A DNA stretch of 32,000 nt. Source: Candidatus Methanophagaceae archaeon. GTDB taxonomy: Archaea; Halobacteriota; Syntropharchaeia; Alkanophagales; Methanospirareceae. The stretch covers positions 1,049,810 through 1,081,809 of the forward strand of contig PQXB01000001.1 of NCBI GenBank assembly GCA_003194425.1, in the 5' to 3' direction. Both the position numbers and the translations under genes were made by a program. Within the stretch, counting starts at the first letter, position 1, and each line of letters opens with the position of its first letter. Positions 31,413 to 32,000 of the stretch are shown here, piece by piece. The notes beneath the pieces were generated by a model. The model saw only the letters and a list, made by a program, of their open reading frames with translations, was not told the origin of the DNA and ran no database searches.

Positions 31413-32000
31413 TCAACAACAAGCCCCTTTTTGCACCGCTTCTACTTCCGCCCCTAAATCTAAAAGACTTTCGTTACGGCTCTGCGTGGTTGTAGTCAGA
31501 AAGACAACGGTGTTGTTGGCAGGAGGCTTCGGGCGGAGCCTGAGGTATTCTTCAAGGTGCTCGGGGAGCTCGTAGCCGGAGAAAGTGTCCAAGAGCCGCC
31601 TGAGCCCCTTCTCGTAGACGCGGTAGGAGACCTTCGTTCCAGCAGGCAGCACCGCTGCGAGGTGGTCAAAAATCTCCCGCTTTGGCTCCGCCTGCGCAGC
31701 CACCAACACAAGCTCCGCCCTCTCGCTCTCGCTCTCGTTCCGCTCTCGCTCTTTTCGCTCTTTCAAGGGCAGTGAAAAATGGTCACCCTCGAGAATTTCA
31801 ATCTTACCCGAAAGTCCCAGCCGCTCCAGCACTCGTCGTGAAAGTTCCGCCCGCTCGCGTTCCCGCTCAATTCCAACCCCCCGCAGCCCGTACCGCGCGC
31901 AGAGAACAATCAGACTCAAGGGCAGCGGACCGCTGCCGAGAAAGAGGACGCGGTCGCCCGGTTTTAGTCCTGCTCCCTGAAATTCAGTCCGAGCGAGTTG
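31413..32000 (-). CDS. Nicotianamine synthase-like protein, copy 2 (5' end outside the window)
   Basis: Paralogue of 30463-31347. The frame stays open to the window edge, since that sequence is identical to copy 1, which has no stop there. The track start at 31919 is only an internal Met. Confidence 0.7.
   Translation of the reverse strand, partial: QLARTEFQGAGLKPGDRVLFLGSGPLPLSLIVLCARYGLRGVGIERERERAELSRRVLERLGLSGKIEILEGDHFSLPLKERKERERNESESERAELVLVAAQAEPKREIFDHLAAVLPAGTKVSYRVYEKGLRRLLDTFSGYELPEHLEEYLRLRPKPPANNTVVFLTTTTQSRNESLLDLGAEVEAVQKGACC
31826..32000. repeat. Partner copy of the 175-nt identical segment (see 30783-30957)
   Basis: Same comparison as above. The offset is 1043 nt here versus 1007 nt for the 83-nt patch, so copy 2 carries a 36-nt extra low-complexity insertion between the patches. 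Confidence 0.95.

Noticed and set aside
1-32000. The window might itself be a Borg-like extrachromosomal element, because of the frame-respecting tandem repeats.
   Set aside because: The flanks are GC-rich (~57%), whereas I recall Borgs being AT-rich. Genes occur on both strands, and the content is core translation, glycolysis, lysine, lipid and energy genes in chromosome-like order. This cannot be excluded without the full replicon, so it is kept only as a comparison.

Overview
The window is archaeal (euryarchaeal) chromosomal DNA. Evidence: archaeal r-proteins uL24, uS15 and eS17, TFE-alpha, a geranylgeranyl reductase, an Fqo/Fpo-type complex I and FwdB. It has three parts. (1) 1-12.1 kb is a GC-rich (~57% by hand count) housekeeping block on the + strand: nuoD(partial)-H-I plus an FpoF/FqoF-like gene, tfe, an HD hydrolase, GGR, rps15, rps17e, dapA, an ExeA-like ATPase, eno and a GT2. 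rpl24 sits in this block on the - strand. (2) ~12.1-27.5 kb is a clearly lower-GC (22-42% in sampled lines) surface-glycan island. It holds a phosphonate pathway: PEP mutase with the EDKX5NS signature fused to a nucleotidyltransferase, a split phosphonopyruvate decarboxylase and an Fe-ADH. It also holds LicD-like, CDP-alcohol-transferase and TagF-like transferases, a gmd/DegT/methyltransferase set and a flippase. (3) 27.5-32 kb is a GC-rich minus-strand block: an orphan fwdB translationally coupled to a Mur-ligase-family gene, then two tandem nicotianamine-synthase-like paralogues with 100%-identical patches. The most unusual signal is window-wide. More than 20 short, mostly perfect tandem repeat arrays are scattered through it. 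Inside ORFs the unit length is always a multiple of 3, and the arrays insert low-complexity peptides into enolase, S15, S17e, GGR and others. Outside ORFs the units are mostly not multiples of 3 (10, 11, 14 or 17 nt; exceptions are 12-, 15- and 9-nt arrays), and some arrays span stop codons, a start codon and Shine-Dalgarno (SD) sites. No tRNA/rRNA, CRISPR array, transposase or integrase was recognised.
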